64,000 nucleotides of DNA, from assembly GCF_047241225.1 (NCBI RefSeq), contig NZ_JBKTIE010000001.1:173172-237171 (forward strand). The letters run 5' to 3'. The notes below the pieces were generated by a model, which did no database searches, had not been told where the DNA came from, and saw nothing but the letters and a program-made list of their open reading frames with translations. The translations under genes were made by a program, and so were the position numbers. Every line of letters starts with the position of its first letter. Position 1 is the first letter of the stretch. This DNA comes from Veillonella parvula. GTDB taxonomy: Bacteria; Bacillota; Negativicutes; Veillonellales; Veillonellaceae. This document shows positions 28,377 to 39,425 of the stretch, in pieces.

Positions 28377-29723
28377 ATGGGGAAAAAATTAGGATATGTT
28401 AGCCTAGGTTGTGCTAAAAATTTAGTAGATACAGAGGTAATGTTAGGCTTATTGCGAGATAATGGCTATTCGATTACAGAGGACCTAAGCGAAGCAGATC
28501 TTATCGTTGTAAATACCTGTACTTTTATTGAGAAAGCTAAGGCTGAGTCTATTAATACCATCCTTGAGGTTGCTCAATATAAAAAAGATGGTGCTTGTAA
28601 GGGCCTTATCGTAGCAGGTTGTCTTAGCCAACAATATCAGGATGAATTATTCCAAGAAATTCCTGAAATTGATGCATTAATCGGTACCGGTGCATGGGAT
28701 CAAGTTATGGTAGCCGTTGATGCTATTGAGCACGGCAATCGTAGTTGTATAATGGAAAATATTACGAATATCTATGATGAGCGCATGCCTCGTATTCAAA
28801 CAACACCTCGTTATAGTGCATATGTTAAAATTGCAGAAGGCTGTAATAACGGGTGTACATTCTGTATTATTCCAAAGGTACGCGGTGCATTCCGTAGTCG
28901 GACTATCGAGTCTATCAAGGCTGAAGTGGAACGATTGGCTGCGACAGGGGTTAAGGAAATTGTTCTTATCGCTCAAGATACAACAAGTTATGGTATTGAC
29001 CTTAATGATGGTAAACCAATGTTGACTACATTGTTAAAAGAATTAACAACTGTAGAGGGCATAGAATGGATTCGCATGCTATACCTATATCCGACATTCT
29101 TTTCTGATGAATTGTTAGATATTATCGTTAATGAGCCAAAGCTTTGTAAATATGTAGATATTCCATTGCAACATGTTAATAACGATATCTTGAAACAAAT
29201 GAATCGTCGAGACGATCGTAATGATATTGAGCGTTTGCTTAAGAAAATTAGAAATGCACCGACTCATATTACATTGCGCACCTCTATCATCGTTGGATTT
29301 CCTGGTGAAACAGATGAACAATTTGAGGAACTTTGTGACTTTGTAAAAGAAATCAAATTTGATAACATGGGCGTATTTACATATTCTCAAGAGGCTGGTA
29401 CACCAGCGGGTGCTCGTGAAGACCAAATACCAGAAGAGGTCAAAGAAGAGCGTTATCACGTTCTTATGTCCATCCAAGCTGCTATCTCTGAAGAGAACAA
29501 TTGCGATTTAGAAGGTACCATTGATTATGCAATGGTAGAGGAAATCGAAGAAGGCGAGAATAACACATTGCTTGCAAAAGGTCGATTGAAATCTCAAGCA
29601 CCTGATGTAGATGGTAATATGTACATTGAAGACTGCGGTGAAGACATTCAACCTGGTGATATTCTTAAGGTACAAGTAGAGCAAGGCTTTGCTTATGATG
29701 TAGTAGCTACAGTTGTAGAATAA
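28377..29723 (+). CDS. rimO: Ribosomal protein S12 methylthiotransferase RimO
   Basis: SLGCAKNLVDTE, NTCTFI, EGCNNGCTFC, TRAM-domain APDVDG. Confidence 0.96.
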   Translation: MGKKLGYVSLGCAKNLVDTEVMLGLLRDNGYSITEDLSEADLIVVNTCTFIEKAKAESINTILEVAQYKKDGACKGLIVAGCLSQQYQDELFQEIPEIDALIGTGAWDQVMVAVDAIEHGNRSCIMENITNIYDERMPRIQTTPRYSAYVKIAEGCNNGCTFCIIPKVRGAFRSRTIESIKAEVERLAATGVKEIVLIAQDTTSYGIDLNDGKPMLTTLLKELTTVEGIEWIRMLYLYPTFFSDELLDIIVNEPKLCKYVDIPLQHVNNDILKQMNRRDDRNDIERLLKKIRNAPTHITLRTSIIVGFPGETDEQFEELCDFVKEIKFDNMGVFTYSQEAGTPAGAREDQIPEEVKEERYHVLMSIQAAISEENNCDLEGTIDYAMVEEIEEGENNTLLAKGRLKSQAPDVDGNMYIEDCGEDIQPGDILKVQVEQGFAYDVVATVVE

Positions 29724-29760
29724 TACACAGTCCGATATATTCGATTGTGGAGGTGATCTG

Positions 29761-31008
29761 ATGATTGTAGAACTTATCTCTACAGGTTCAGAATTATTGC
29801 TAGGTGATACAGTAAATACGAATGTATCATGGCTGGCACAAGAGTTGAATAAACTAGGATATACCATTGCCCATCAATCAGTGGTAGGTGATAATCCGAA
29901 ACGAATGGCTGAAGTCTTTCAGCTCGCTAGTACAAGGGCTGATATCGTTATTAGTACTGGTGGGTTAGGACCTACGCAGGGCGATATTACACGTAATGTA
30001 CTTGCCGATTCAATTGGTAGACCTATTGTGTTTAATCAAGAGGCCATGAATGAGCTTGAAAGGTTCTTTAAAAGTGTAAACCGTACTATACCTGATGCGA
30101 GTCGGCGAGAGGCACAATTACCAGAAGGGGCGAAGGTATTATATAACCCTGTTGGAGTTGCACCAGGTGTCGTCGTTGAAGATGGTGACACTACATACAT
30201 ACTTCTACCTGGACCTCCTGGAGAAATGAAGGGAATGTTTCAAGAGAGCGTAGTTCCTTATTTAAATGGTCGATTTGGTTCTCAAGGGGTTGTTACATCT
30301 TATCGTTATGGTGTATATGATATTCGTGAAATTGATTTAGAAAGCACCTTGATGGATCTCATTAAGAAGCAATCTAATCCGACGATCGCTTTGCTTATTA
30401 AAAAGGGCTACATTGAGGTTCGTATCACTGCTAAGGCTGAAACATTAGAAGCGGCGCAAGAACTATTAAATCCTTGGGATGCTATCATACGAGAGCGTTT
30501 AGGTTCTCGCGTAGGACGCGACTTAACAATTTCTATGGAAGAAACACTAGGCCGTACCTTGCTAGAGGAACATAGCACTATTAGTACTGCTGAATCTTGT
30601 ACATCAGGATTGGTTGGCAAGCTTCTTACTAATGTCAGTGGTAGTAGTGAGTACTATATGGGCGGTGTCATCTCGTATAGTAATGATGTGAAACATCGTG
30701 TTTTAGGTGTACCACAAGATATGCTAGATGCGTATGGTGCTGTTAGTGAGCAAGTGGCTAAGGCTATGGCAGAGGGAGCACGAATTGTTGGTCAAACAAC
30801 ATATGCTGTTTCTACGACAGGCATAGCTGGTCCTGGAGGCGGTACGCTAGAAAAGCCTGTTGGTCTTGTATGGTTTGGTGTTACTGGTCCACATGGTACG
30901 GTAGCCCATAAAGCTAATTTAATTGGCAATCGAGAAGATATTAGACAAAGTGCAGCAGAGCTAGCACTTTACTATATTTATACTTATATAACAGAAAAGG
31001 GGAAATAA
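29761..31008 (+). CDS. cinA: Competence/damage-inducible CinA (MoCF domain + PncC)
   Basis: [39 protein letters not shown]. Confidence 0.95.
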   Translation: MIVELISTGSELLLGDTVNTNVSWLAQELNKLGYTIAHQSVVGDNPKRMAEVFQLASTRADIVISTGGLGPTQGDITRNVLADSIGRPIVFNQEAMNELERFFKSVNRTIPDASRREAQLPEGAKVLYNPVGVAPGVVVEDGDTTYILLPGPPGEMKGMFQESVVPYLNGRFGSQGVVTSYRYGVYDIREIDLESTLMDLIKKQSNPTIALLIKKGYIEVRITAKAETLEAAQELLNPWDAIIRERLGSRVGRDLTISMEETLGRTLLEEHSTISTAESCTSGLVGKLLTNVSGSSEYYMGGVISYSNDVKHRVLGVPQDMLDAYGAVSEQVAKAMAEGARIVGQTTYAVSTTGIAGPGGGTLEKPVGLVWFGVTGPHGTVAHKANLIGNREDIRQSAAELALYYIYTYITEKGK

Positions 31009-31012
31009 AATA

Positions 31013-32053
31013 ATGGCTGTAGATGGTAGACAAGCAGCGTTGGATAACGCATTAAAACAAATTGAAAAAGATTTTGGTAAAGGTGCTATTATGCGTCTTG
31101 GTGAGGCGGCAGATCGCATGAATGTAGAGGTGATTTCCTCTGGTTCTCTAGCTATCGATATTGCTGTTGGTGTAGGTGGTTTTCCTCGTGGCCGTGTAAT
31201 TGAAATTTACGGTCCAGAATCTTCTGGTAAAACAACAGTGGCTCTTCACGCTGTAGCAGAAGCTCAAAAACAAGGTGGTATTGCAGCATTTATTGATGCG
31301 GAACATGCGATGGATCCTGTATATGCTCGCAACTTGGGGGTAGACATTAATAATTTGTTGATTTCTCAACCAGATAATGGAGAACAAGCTCTAGAAATTA
31401 CAGAAGCTCTTGTTCGCAGTGGTGCAGTAGATATTGTTGTAGTTGACTCCGTAGCGGCGTTGGTTCCTAAAGCGGAAATCGATGGCGAAATGGGCGATGC
31501 TCACGTAGGCTTACAAGCTCGTTTGATGAGTAAAGCTTTGCGCAAATTGACTGGTATCATCAGTAAATCCAAAACAGTTGTTATCTTCATCAACCAATTG
31601 CGTGAAAAAGTAGGTGTTATGTTCGGTAATCCTGAAACAACGACTGGTGGTCGTGCGTTGAAATTCTATTCTTCCGTACGACTTGATGTTCGTAAAGGGG
31701 AATTAATTAAAGCAAACAACGAAAATGTTGGCGCTCGAACAAAAGTCAAAGTTGTCAAAAATAAGGTGGCACCTCCATTTAAGACAGCTGAATTTGATTT
31801 GATGTATGGCGAAGGTATCTCTAAAACTGGCACACTTATTGATATTGGTACAAATATGGAAATTATTAATAAATCTGGTGCTTGGTACTCCTATAATGGG
31901 GAACGTATGGGGCAAGGTAAGGAAGCGGCTAAACAATACTTGTTAGAGAATCCACAAATAGCTGATGAAATCGATCGCATTATTCGTGATACATTGGCTG
32001 TTGGCACTGAAGAAATCGATGTAATCGGTGAAGAAGTAACTGAAGAAGTATAA
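31013..32053 (+). CDS. recA: Recombinase A
   Basis: [33 protein letters not shown]. Confidence 0.99.
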   Translation: MAVDGRQAALDNALKQIEKDFGKGAIMRLGEAADRMNVEVISSGSLAIDIAVGVGGFPRGRVIEIYGPESSGKTTVALHAVAEAQKQGGIAAFIDAEHAMDPVYARNLGVDINNLLISQPDNGEQALEITEALVRSGAVDIVVVDSVAALVPKAEIDGEMGDAHVGLQARLMSKALRKLTGIISKSKTVVIFINQLREKVGVMFGNPETTTGGRALKFYSSVRLDVRKGELIKANNENVGARTKVKVVKNKVAPPFKTAEFDLMYGEGISKTGTLIDIGTNMEIINKSGAWYSYNGERMGQGKEAAKQYLLENPQIADEIDRIIRDTLAVGTEEIDVIGEEVTEEV

Positions 32054-32055
32054 TC

Positions 32056-32499
32056 ATGAGTGACGAAACGATGCAAGCTGCTATGGATCAAGCGTATCGC
32101 TTCCTAGCTCAGCGCTTCCTTAGTTCTTATGAGCTGACGCAGAAAATGAGACGTAAACAATTCGAGGACCCTATCATTGAGAGGGTCCTTGAGCGCCTTA
32201 AAGATTATGATTACATTAATGATGAACGTTTATCTGAGCAGGTATTAGCCTATTTGATGAAAGAACAGAAATACGGTGCTTATATGATTAAGCAAAAAAT
32301 GAAACTTCGAGGACTTGCGATTCCTCAAGAAATTTCTGCTTATGATGAGGTAAAAGCTGCTTATCGGGTGGTAGAAAAAAAATTTGGATCTATTCTCAAT
32401 GAAGAGAAGACTCCTCGGGTAAAAGTTTTTAGTTTTCTCAAATACAGGGGGTTCTCAACAAGCACAATTCAAGTTGTATGCAATGATTTTTATGAATAA
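32056..32499 (+). CDS. recX: RecX regulator
   Basis: Directly after recA; AYRFLAQR, YINDER, FLKYRGFS. Confidence 0.88.
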   Translation: MSDETMQAAMDQAYRFLAQRFLSSYELTQKMRRKQFEDPIIERVLERLKDYDYINDERLSEQVLAYLMKEQKYGAYMIKQKMKLRGLAIPQEISAYDEVKAAYRVVEKKFGSILNEEKTPRVKVFSFLKYRGFSTSTIQVVCNDFYE

Positions 32500-32538
32500 A
32501 TTCTGCTTTTTGAGAGGCCTTGGTAGGCTTGTAAAATC

Positions 32539-32567
32539 TTGACAGAAAGGGCTTTGAAGTCTAAAAT
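32539..32567 (+). promoter_or_regulatory. sigma-A promoter of rny
   Basis: TTGACA (32539-32544), 17 bp, TAAAAT (32562-32567). Confidence 0.7.
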
Positions 32568-32683
32568 TAATAATAGCCTTATTTATTTATATGATGATAT
32601 GGCTAATTGATAATTTAATGCATAAAGGGCATAAAAAGGAGCATGAAAGCTCAATTTTGAGAAATAAAAAGGAGGTGAAAGAA

Positions 32684-34219
32684 ATTTTAGAGTATAGTCT
32701 AATTGCAGTGGTAATGGTACTGATTGGACTAGGGGTAGGCTATTTTTTAAGAAAAAATATTGCTGAAGGAAAACTGAATCAAGCTGAACAAGAGGCTGCT
32801 CGCATCATTGCAAATGGTGAACGCACAGCTGAGTCTAAAAAGAAAGAAGCTTTATTAGAAGCGAAAGAAGAAATTCATAAGCTCCGTTCTGATGTAGAAC
32901 GAGAAAATAAAGATCGTCGTTCTGAACTTCAACGTATGGAACGTCGTATTCTTCAAAAAGAAGAATCTTTGGATAAAAAATTAGACAATATTGAGCACAA
33001 AGAGGAAGCTTTACATCGCAAAGAAGCTGACTTAGCCCAAAGCCGTGAAAAGGTAGAAGCTTTGTATGAAAAACAAATGGCAGAATTAGAACGTATTTCT
33101 GGCATGACGTTCGAAGAAGCAAAAAATATCTTGTTAACGAATGTGGAACAAGAAATCCGTCATGAAACGGCGATTATGGTTAAGGAAATGGAGCAGCAAG
33201 CTAAGGATGAAGCGGAGAAAAAAGCGAAAGAAATTATCTCCTCTGCTATCCAACGTTGTGCAGCTGACCATGTAGCGGAAACTACCGTATCCGTAGTGGC
33301 ATTGCCTAATGATGAAATGAAGGGGCGCATTATCGGTCGTGAGGGCCGTAACATTCGTGCACTCGAAACATTAACAGGTATTGATTTGATTATCGATGAC
33401 ACACCAGAAGCAGTTATTCTTTCCGGCTTCGATCCAATTCGTCGTGAAGTGGCTCGTATTGCGCTGGAAAAATTGATTGTAGATGGTCGTATCCATCCAG
33501 CTCGTATTGAAGAAATGGTTGGTAAAGCTCGTAAAGAGGTGGACCAAACTATTAAAGAGGCTGGTGAACAAGCGACATTTGAAGCTGATGTTCATGGCTT
33601 ACATCCTGAAATTGTTAAGATTTTAGGCCGTTTGAAATATCGTACTAGTTATGGTCAAAACGTATTGAAACATTCCATTGAAGTATCTCATTTAGCAGGT
33701 TTAATGGCAGCTGAACTAGGCTGTGATGTAACTTTGGCTAAACGAGGTGGTTTAATTCATGATATTGGTAAAGCATTAGACCGTGAACTTGAAGGTTCTC
33801 ATGTTCAAATCGGTGTTGATGTGGCTCGTAAATATCGTGAAAGTGCAGCAGTAATTAACTGTATTGGTGCTCATCATGGTGATGAAGAGTTCCAAACTGT
33901 AGAAGCTGTATTAGTAGCTGCCGCTGATGCTATCTCCGCTGCCCGTCCAGGAGCACGTCGAGAAACATTAGAAAACTACTTAAAACGTTTATCTAAATTG
34001 GAAGAAATCGCTGAATCCTTCGAAGGCGTTGAAAAATGTTTTGCTATTCAAGCCGGTCGTGAGATTCGCGTTGTAGTAAAACCGGATAAGATTGATGAAG
34101 CTGAGTCTACATTACTTGTTCGGAATATCGTAAAACGCATCGAGTCAGAACTTGAATATCCAGGCCAAATTAAGGTCGTAATTATTCGTGAAACTCGCGT
34201 TGTGGATTACGCAAAATAA
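32684..34219 (+). CDS. rny: Ribonuclease Y; probable ATT start (a gene caller would pick GTG 32675 or ATG 32714)
   Basis: N-terminal TM, coiled coil, KH domain ([13 protein letters not shown]), HD domain (HDIGK). Confidence 0.95.
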   Translation: MLEYSLIAVVMVLIGLGVGYFLRKNIAEGKLNQAEQEAARIIANGERTAESKKKEALLEAKEEIHKLRSDVERENKDRRSELQRMERRILQKEESLDKKLDNIEHKEEALHRKEADLAQSREKVEALYEKQMAELERISGMTFEEAKNILLTNVEQEIRHETAIMVKEMEQQAKDEAEKKAKEIISSAIQRCAADHVAETTVSVVALPNDEMKGRIIGREGRNIRALETLTGIDLIIDDTPEAVILSGFDPIRREVARIALEKLIVDGRIHPARIEEMVGKARKEVDQTIKEAGEQATFEADVHGLHPEIVKILGRLKYRTSYGQNVLKHSIEVSHLAGLMAAELGCDVTLAKRGGLIHDIGKALDRELEGSHVQIGVDVARKYRESAAVINCIGAHHGDEEFQTVEAVLVAAADAISAARPGARRETLENYLKRLSKLEEIAESFEGVEKCFAIQAGREIRVVVKPDKIDEAESTLLVRNIVKRIESELEYPGQIKVVIIRETRVVDYAK

Positions 34220-34238
34220 TATGCTATAAGCGATAAGT

Positions 34239-34272
34239 ATAGGCTGCAATGTTTTCATTGCAGCCTATTGTT
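34239..34272 (+). terminator. Terminator after rny
   Basis: ATAGGCTGCAATG-TTTT-CATTGCAGCCTAT with a weak T tail. Confidence 0.65.
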
Positions 34273-34474
34273 ATCAAAGTTTCGGTAATTATATATTGCT
34301 ATATACGGCGTATAGGAATCATCATTTACATTGCGTTGTAGATGATGATTCCTATGATTCGTATCAAGTTATTTATACTTTTTTAATAATTTAATTGATT
34401 AAAATGCTTTACAAATAGAGGATTTTTTATTTGTATATAGAATTAATATATATATGGGGAAGGAGGCGTTGGCT

Positions 34475-36247
34475 ATGAGCCGATATTTTGAAAATGAGTT
34501 GATTGAACAAATCAAAGATGCTAATGATATCGTGTCAGTTGTATCCGAGCATGTAGCCTTAAAGAAACGCGGCAAGAACTATTGGGGTTGTTGTCCATTT
34601 CATAATGAAAAAACGCCATCCTTTAGTGTAGCCCCTGAAAAGGGTTTTTATTATTGCTTTGGGTGCCATGCATCAGGAAATGCTATTAAATTTCTTATGG
34701 AATTAGAGCATTTAACCTTTGTAGAAGCCCTAGAGCGGCTAGCTAATCGAGCTAATATTCCATTGCCAGAGGCGAAACTTTCACCTGAACAAAGAGCTAG
34801 AGATGAAAGACGCAAAAAACTGTATGAAGCTTCTGATTTAGCGGCTACCTTTTTCCATAATTGTCTCACTCAAACGTCTATTGGTAAAGTGGGATTAGAT
34901 TATTTGAAAAAGCGAGGGCTCACACAAGAGACCATAGAAATATTTAAGCTTGGTTTTGCTCCTGATGGTTGGGATAAGTTATATCGTGCCTTTCATGAGC
35001 GTGGCATTGATGATTCCATTCTTTTAGAGTTGAATCTTGTCCGAAAGAACCAAAAGGGTCAATTTTATGATTTCTTCAGAAATAGAATTATGTTCCCCAT
35101 TATGGATGGTAAAGGGCGAGTAGTTGCTTTTGGTGGACGCGTTATGGATGATAGTACACCAAAATATTTAAACTCTCCAGAGTCATCAATCTTTGAAAAA
35201 GGTAAACTCTTATTTGCCTTTGATAAGGCTTATAAATCTATTCGTGAGGAAAAACAAGCTATTCTTGTAGAAGGCTATATGGATGTTATATCCGCTCATA
35301 ATCATGGTGTTACTAATGTAGTCGCATCATTGGGGACTGCTTATACAAGAGATCATGGGCATATCTTGATGAGGCAAGCTGAAGAAATCGTGTTAGCTTA
35401 TGATATGGATGGTGCTGGTCGTCAAGCGGCTGCTAGGGCTATTGAATTATTGCAAAATACGGATTTTAAGGTGCGTGTCCTTGCCATGCCAGACGGTAAA
35501 GATCCAGATGATTATGTGCGTAATCATGGGGGACAGGCATTTAAGGAGTTAGTTGCTAAAGCTGTTAAACCTCTTGATTATCTATTAAGTGAGTCTTTGA
35601 TTAAACACGATACAAATGATACAGAAGGGAAGCAGGCTGTTATGGCAGATGTTTTCCCATATATTGCAAATATAGATAGTCAAACACAGAGAGATGATGC
35701 TTTAAAAACATTGGCATTGCCATTATGGCTTGATAATAGTACTATTTTTAGATACTTTAGAGATTATGTGAAAAAAGGACAAATTGAATTAGTGGATACT
35801 GCATCAACACCTTTGCCAACACAGGATTTACCAAAGGGGGATGCGGAAAAATTATTGTCCTTAGCTTTCACAGATGGCGAAGTATTACAACATATGATGA
35901 GCTATTTGCCATTAGAGGACTTTGAAAAAATTGAATATCGAGGTATAATAGAAAAGCTATTCACCTTGTATAAGTCCGAAGGTCGTCTAGATGAAACTGC
36001 AATTCAATCTGTTTTATCTTCTCAAGAATACGATATTTACTCTAGGTTGGTCGTCATGAGTGACGATGAATACAAGGTACAAGTGCCTGCATTAATCCGC
36101 AAGATAAGGCTCCATTCATTGCGTGAGCAGTATAAAGCGCATTCAATTATGGCGGATCAATTAAAACGAGCAGGAGATTCGACGTTTATTAGCGAATTAC
36201 ATAAGTGTCAGGAAATACAGAATTTAATTAGAGAATGGTCTAAGTAA
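34475..36247 (+). CDS. dnaG: DNA primase
   Basis: [11 protein letters not shown] zinc finger, [33 protein letters not shown]. Confidence 0.98.
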   Translation: MSRYFENELIEQIKDANDIVSVVSEHVALKKRGKNYWGCCPFHNEKTPSFSVAPEKGFYYCFGCHASGNAIKFLMELEHLTFVEALERLANRANIPLPEAKLSPEQRARDERRKKLYEASDLAATFFHNCLTQTSIGKVGLDYLKKRGLTQETIEIFKLGFAPDGWDKLYRAFHERGIDDSILLELNLVRKNQKGQFYDFFRNRIMFPIMDGKGRVVAFGGRVMDDSTPKYLNSPESSIFEKGKLLFAFDKAYKSIREEKQAILVEGYMDVISAHNHGVTNVVASLGTAYTRDHGHILMRQAEEIVLAYDMDGAGRQAAARAIELLQNTDFKVRVLAMPDGKDPDDYVRNHGGQAFKELVAKAVKPLDYLLSESLIKHDTNDTEGKQAVMADVFPYIANIDSQTQRDDALKTLALPLWLDNSTIFRYFRDYVKKGQIELVDTASTPLPTQDLPKGDAEKLLSLAFTDGEVLQHMMSYLPLEDFEKIEYRGIIEKLFTLYKSEGRLDETAIQSVLSSQEYDIYSRLVVMSDDEYKVQVPALIRKIRLHSLREQYKAHSIMADQLKRAGDSTFISELHKCQEIQNLIREWSK

Positions 36248-36275
36248 ATCATTAATGGTTAAAAAGGAGAGCGCT

Positions 36276-37436
36276 GTGGCTAAGAAAGTACAAAAAAGTC
36301 AAATAGAGGAGATTGTTGAGCAACTTCTTGAAAAAGGCCGTAAGAGCGGTGTGTTGACACAATCCGAGATTTCAGATGCTCTTCATGAGCAGACGGAAAT
36401 TACTGCGGAACAATTAGATGATATTTATACGACTTTGGGTAAATTGAATGTTGAGATTGTGGCAGATATTGATGCTGATGATACAGATAGTCATACAATT
36501 GAAACGGATGAAGATGAAGACGAAGTTTCTAGCGAGAAGAAAATTTCTATCGATTTAAGTGTTGATTCTGGTGTTAATATTGATGACCCTGTACGAATGT
36601 ACCTAAAAGAGATTGGTCGCGTACCATTGCTTTCAGCTGACGAAGAAATCGTATTAGCTAAGCAAATCGAAGCTGGTGCACAAGAGGATGCTACATATAA
36701 AGATATTCAACTTAGCAAAAAGGCTAAGAAAAAATTGGTAGATGCTAACTTGCGATTAGTTGTAAGTATCGCGAAACGTTATGTAGGTCGCGGTATGTTG
36801 TTCTTGGATCTAATCCAAGAAGGTAACCTAGGTCTGATTAAAGCGGTAGATAAATTCGATTATACTAAAGGTTATAAATTTTCGACGTATGCTACATGGT
36901 GGATTCGTCAAGCGATTACGCGTGCTATTGCAGACCAAGCTCGTACGATTCGTATTCCTGTACATATGGTAGAAACAATTAATAAATTGATTCGTATTTC
37001 TAGACAATTGTTGCAAGACAAGGGTCGTGAGCCATTGCCAGAAGAAATTGCTGAAGGTATGGGAATTACTGTAGAGCGGGTACGTGAAATTCAAAAGATC
37101 GCCCAAGAGCCAGTATCCTTGGAAACTCCGATTGGTGAAGAGGAAGATTCCCATTTAGGGGACTTCATCGAGGACCAAGATGCAATTGCTCCAGACGATG
37201 CAGCTAGCTACATTTTATTGCAAGAGCAGATTGAAGATGTATTTACATGCTTAACTGATCGTGAGCAACAAGTATTGATTTTACGTTTTGGGTTGAAGGA
37301 TGGTAAGCCTCGCACATTGGAAGAAGTTGGTCAACATTTCAATGTAACAAGAGAACGTATTCGTCAGATTGAAGGTAAAGCGCTTACTAAATTGCGCAAC
37401 CGCGGTAAACGTGATAAAATCAAAGACTTCTTATAA
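36276..37436 (+). CDS. rpoD: Primary sigma factor SigA/RpoD (GTG start after AAGGAG; ATG 36255 is an alternative)
   Basis: [42 protein letters not shown]. Confidence 0.98.
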   Translation: MAKKVQKSQIEEIVEQLLEKGRKSGVLTQSEISDALHEQTEITAEQLDDIYTTLGKLNVEIVADIDADDTDSHTIETDEDEDEVSSEKKISIDLSVDSGVNIDDPVRMYLKEIGRVPLLSADEEIVLAKQIEAGAQEDATYKDIQLSKKAKKKLVDANLRLVVSIAKRYVGRGMLFLDLIQEGNLGLIKAVDKFDYTKGYKFSTYATWWIRQAITRAIADQARTIRIPVHMVETINKLIRISRQLLQDKGREPLPEEIAEGMGITVERVREIQKIAQEPVSLETPIGEEEDSHLGDFIEDQDAIAPDDAASYILLQEQIEDVFTCLTDREQQVLILRFGLKDGKPRTLEEVGQHFNVTRERIRQIEGKALTKLRNRGKRDKIKDFL

Positions 37437-37451
37437 GATTTTGAATCTCTT

Positions 37452-37497
37452 AAGGGTTGTAATGCAGTGTTGTATAGCACTGTATTACAACCCTTTT
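37452..37497 (+). terminator. Terminator after rpoD
   Basis: AAGGGTTGTAATGCAGTG / CACTGTATTACAACCCTT stem followed by T residues. Confidence 0.85.
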
Positions 37498-37515
37498 GTG
37501 TTATAATAAAGAATG

Positions 37516-37629
37516 GTAATATCTTACAATAAAAAGTAATTTATGATAAGACTTACGTAATAGACAAGCGTTTCATGTAATAGCGATAAGTTTTATGTAA
37601 TAGATATAAGTTGAAAGCTTATGTAATAG
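37516..37629 (+). repeat. Degenerate ~20-bp tandem array (core GTAAT / GTAATAG) in the queD leader
   Basis: GTAAT at 37516, 37536, 37557, 37577, 37597 and 37623; the last four read GTAATAG. Confidence 0.8.
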
Positions 37630-37641
37630 ATAGGAGATATA

Positions 37642-37980
37642 ATGTTTACAGTTACTAAACGGTTAGAGGTGAGTGCATCTCATCAATTACAACTAGATTA
37701 TCCGAGTAAATGTCAAAATCTTCATGGGCATAATTGGATTATTACAGTTCATGCACGTTCTGAAGAGTTAGATCATAATGGGATGGTCATCGACTTTACG
37801 ATTATTAAAGAAAAAATTCATGGTCGATTGGACCATCGCCATATCAACGATGTACTAGGCGATATAAATCCTACTGCGGAGAATATGGCAAAATGGATCG
37901 CTGATGAATTGGGCCCAAAATGCTTTAAAGTAGAGGTTCAAGAATCTGAAGGGAACACAGCTATTTATGAACGTGATTGA
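37642..37980 (+). CDS. queD: 6-carboxytetrahydropterin synthase QueD
   Basis: ASHQL, KCQNLHGHNW, GMVIDF, LDH, PTAENMA. Confidence 0.93.
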   Translation: MFTVTKRLEVSASHQLQLDYPSKCQNLHGHNWIITVHARSEELDHNGMVIDFTIIKEKIHGRLDHRHINDVLGDINPTAENMAKWIADELGPKCFKVEVQESEGNTAIYERD

Positions 37981-38710
37981 GATTTTTGCCTCTATTGATG
38001 GGGAAGGTAGTCGGCAAGGCTTGCTGACTACATTTTTACGCCTTCATGATTGCAATATTCGCTGTTCCTATTGCGACACGACTTATAGCTACGGCATTGA
38101 TAGTGTTTTCACAGAGATGACTGTAGCTGAGGTGGCGAATGTTATTGAAAGCTTAGGTAATCATCGCATTACTATTACTGGTGGGGAGCCCTTATTGCAA
38201 GAAGCCGCTGTAGTAGAGCTAATCGATGAGTTAAATCGTCGTAAGGCTGAAACAATGCAGGATAATACATCAGGTCAAGCTGGTTCAACTTGTATTATTG
38301 ATATAGATAAATTTGATAAACGAGAGATGCTTAATGATAGCCTTTATGATTTCAATATTGAAACAAATGGCACGATTATACCGAGCTTTCACAGAGATAA
38401 TGTGTGGTTTACCTATGATTATAAAACACCGTCCTCTTTAGCCGAAGAGTCTATGAATGTAGATATATTCAAGGTGGCTACAGAACGAGATCTCATAAAG
38501 TTTGTCGTTGGCTCCCCAGAAGATTTGGATTGTATGCGTCGCATAATTGAACAATATCCTACAGTGGCTCAAATATATGTATCGCCTGTATGGGGACAGA
38601 TTGAGCCGGCATCGATTATCGATTATATGAAAGCATATAATTTACAGAATGTACGATTTCAACTGCAAATCCATAAATTTGTCTGGGATCCAGATGCAAA
38701 GGGTGTATAG
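37967..38710 (+). CDS. queE: 7-carboxy-7-deazaguanine synthase QueE
   Basis: EIFASIDGEG, FLRL..CNIRCSYCDT, ITGGEPLLQ, IETNG, QLQIHK. Confidence 0.93.
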   Translation: MNVIEIFASIDGEGSRQGLLTTFLRLHDCNIRCSYCDTTYSYGIDSVFTEMTVAEVANVIESLGNHRITITGGEPLLQEAAVVELIDELNRRKAETMQDNTSGQAGSTCIIDIDKFDKREMLNDSLYDFNIETNGTIIPSFHRDNVWFTYDYKTPSSLAEESMNVDIFKVATERDLIKFVVGSPEDLDCMRRIIEQYPTVAQIYVSPVWGQIEPASIIDYMKAYNLQNVRFQLQIHKFVWDPDAKGV

Positions 38711-38796
38711 TATTGTTAGGATGTGTAGTGTCAGTATCTTTTCTAATGCATAGTATGATATGAGGTCTGATGGAATCTTGATATAAAGGGGTAAAT

Positions 38797-39360
38797 ATGG
38801 ATACAAAAAAAATAGAATCACTTATATATCAGTTGTTAGAAGCATTAGGTGAGGATCCTAATCGGGACGGTTTGTTAGAAACACCGAAACGGGTGGCTCA
38901 AATGATGGAAGAGGTATATGAAGGCATTCAGTATACAAATGCTGAAATTGCAGAAATGTATGGTAAAACCTTCGCTGTAGATACAAATCAAATGGTAGTA
39001 GTAAAGGATATTACTTGCTTCTCTCATTGTGAACATCATATGGCATTGATGTATGATATGAGTATCAGTATTGGGTATATACCAAAAGGTCGTGTCATAG
39101 GTTTATCTAAGATTCCTCGCATAGCTGAAATGTGTTGCAAGCGTTTACAATTGCAAGAAAAAATTGGTGAAGATATTGCGGAAGTAATTTCTTTAGCGAC
39201 AGGGTCTGATGATGTTATTGTGCACATTATATCGTCCCACAGCTGCATGAGTGCAAGAGGCATTAAATCTACAGATAGCCAAACGACTACACTAACTACT
39301 AAAGGCGTATTTAACGAAGATCATATGATTCACCGTTTTATGCTAATGAAACAGTCTTAA
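38797..39360 (+). CDS. folE: GTP cyclohydrolase I
   Basis: GLLETPKRVA, SHCEHH, IGLSKIPR, LQLQE, HSCMSARG. Confidence 0.96.
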   Translation: MDTKKIESLIYQLLEALGEDPNRDGLLETPKRVAQMMEEVYEGIQYTNAEIAEMYGKTFAVDTNQMVVVKDITCFSHCEHHMALMYDMSISIGYIPKGRVIGLSKIPRIAEMCCKRLQLQEKIGEDIAEVISLATGSDDVIVHIISSHSCMSARGIKSTDSQTTTLTTKGVFNEDHMIHRFMLMKQS

Positions 39361-39425
39361 GATTTGAGTTGCCTTGACTAAATGATAGTCTATTCGGTAT
39401 AATTAATAGGCTAGAAACTAACTGA

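Noticed and set aside
32643..32660. uORF MKAQF in the rny leader
   Set aside because: The SD-like AAGGAG is only 1 nt from the ATG, too close for efficient initiation.
37513..37540. preQ1-I riboswitch (short stem plus A-rich tail)
   Set aside because: The GTAA/TTAC stem has only a 4-nt loop and lacks the conserved ligand-binding loop; no expression-platform terminator follows. A covariance-model search would settle it.
37516..37629. CRISPR array
   Set aside because: The period is ~20 bp with degenerate units, there are no 30-40-bp unique spacers, and there are no cas genes.
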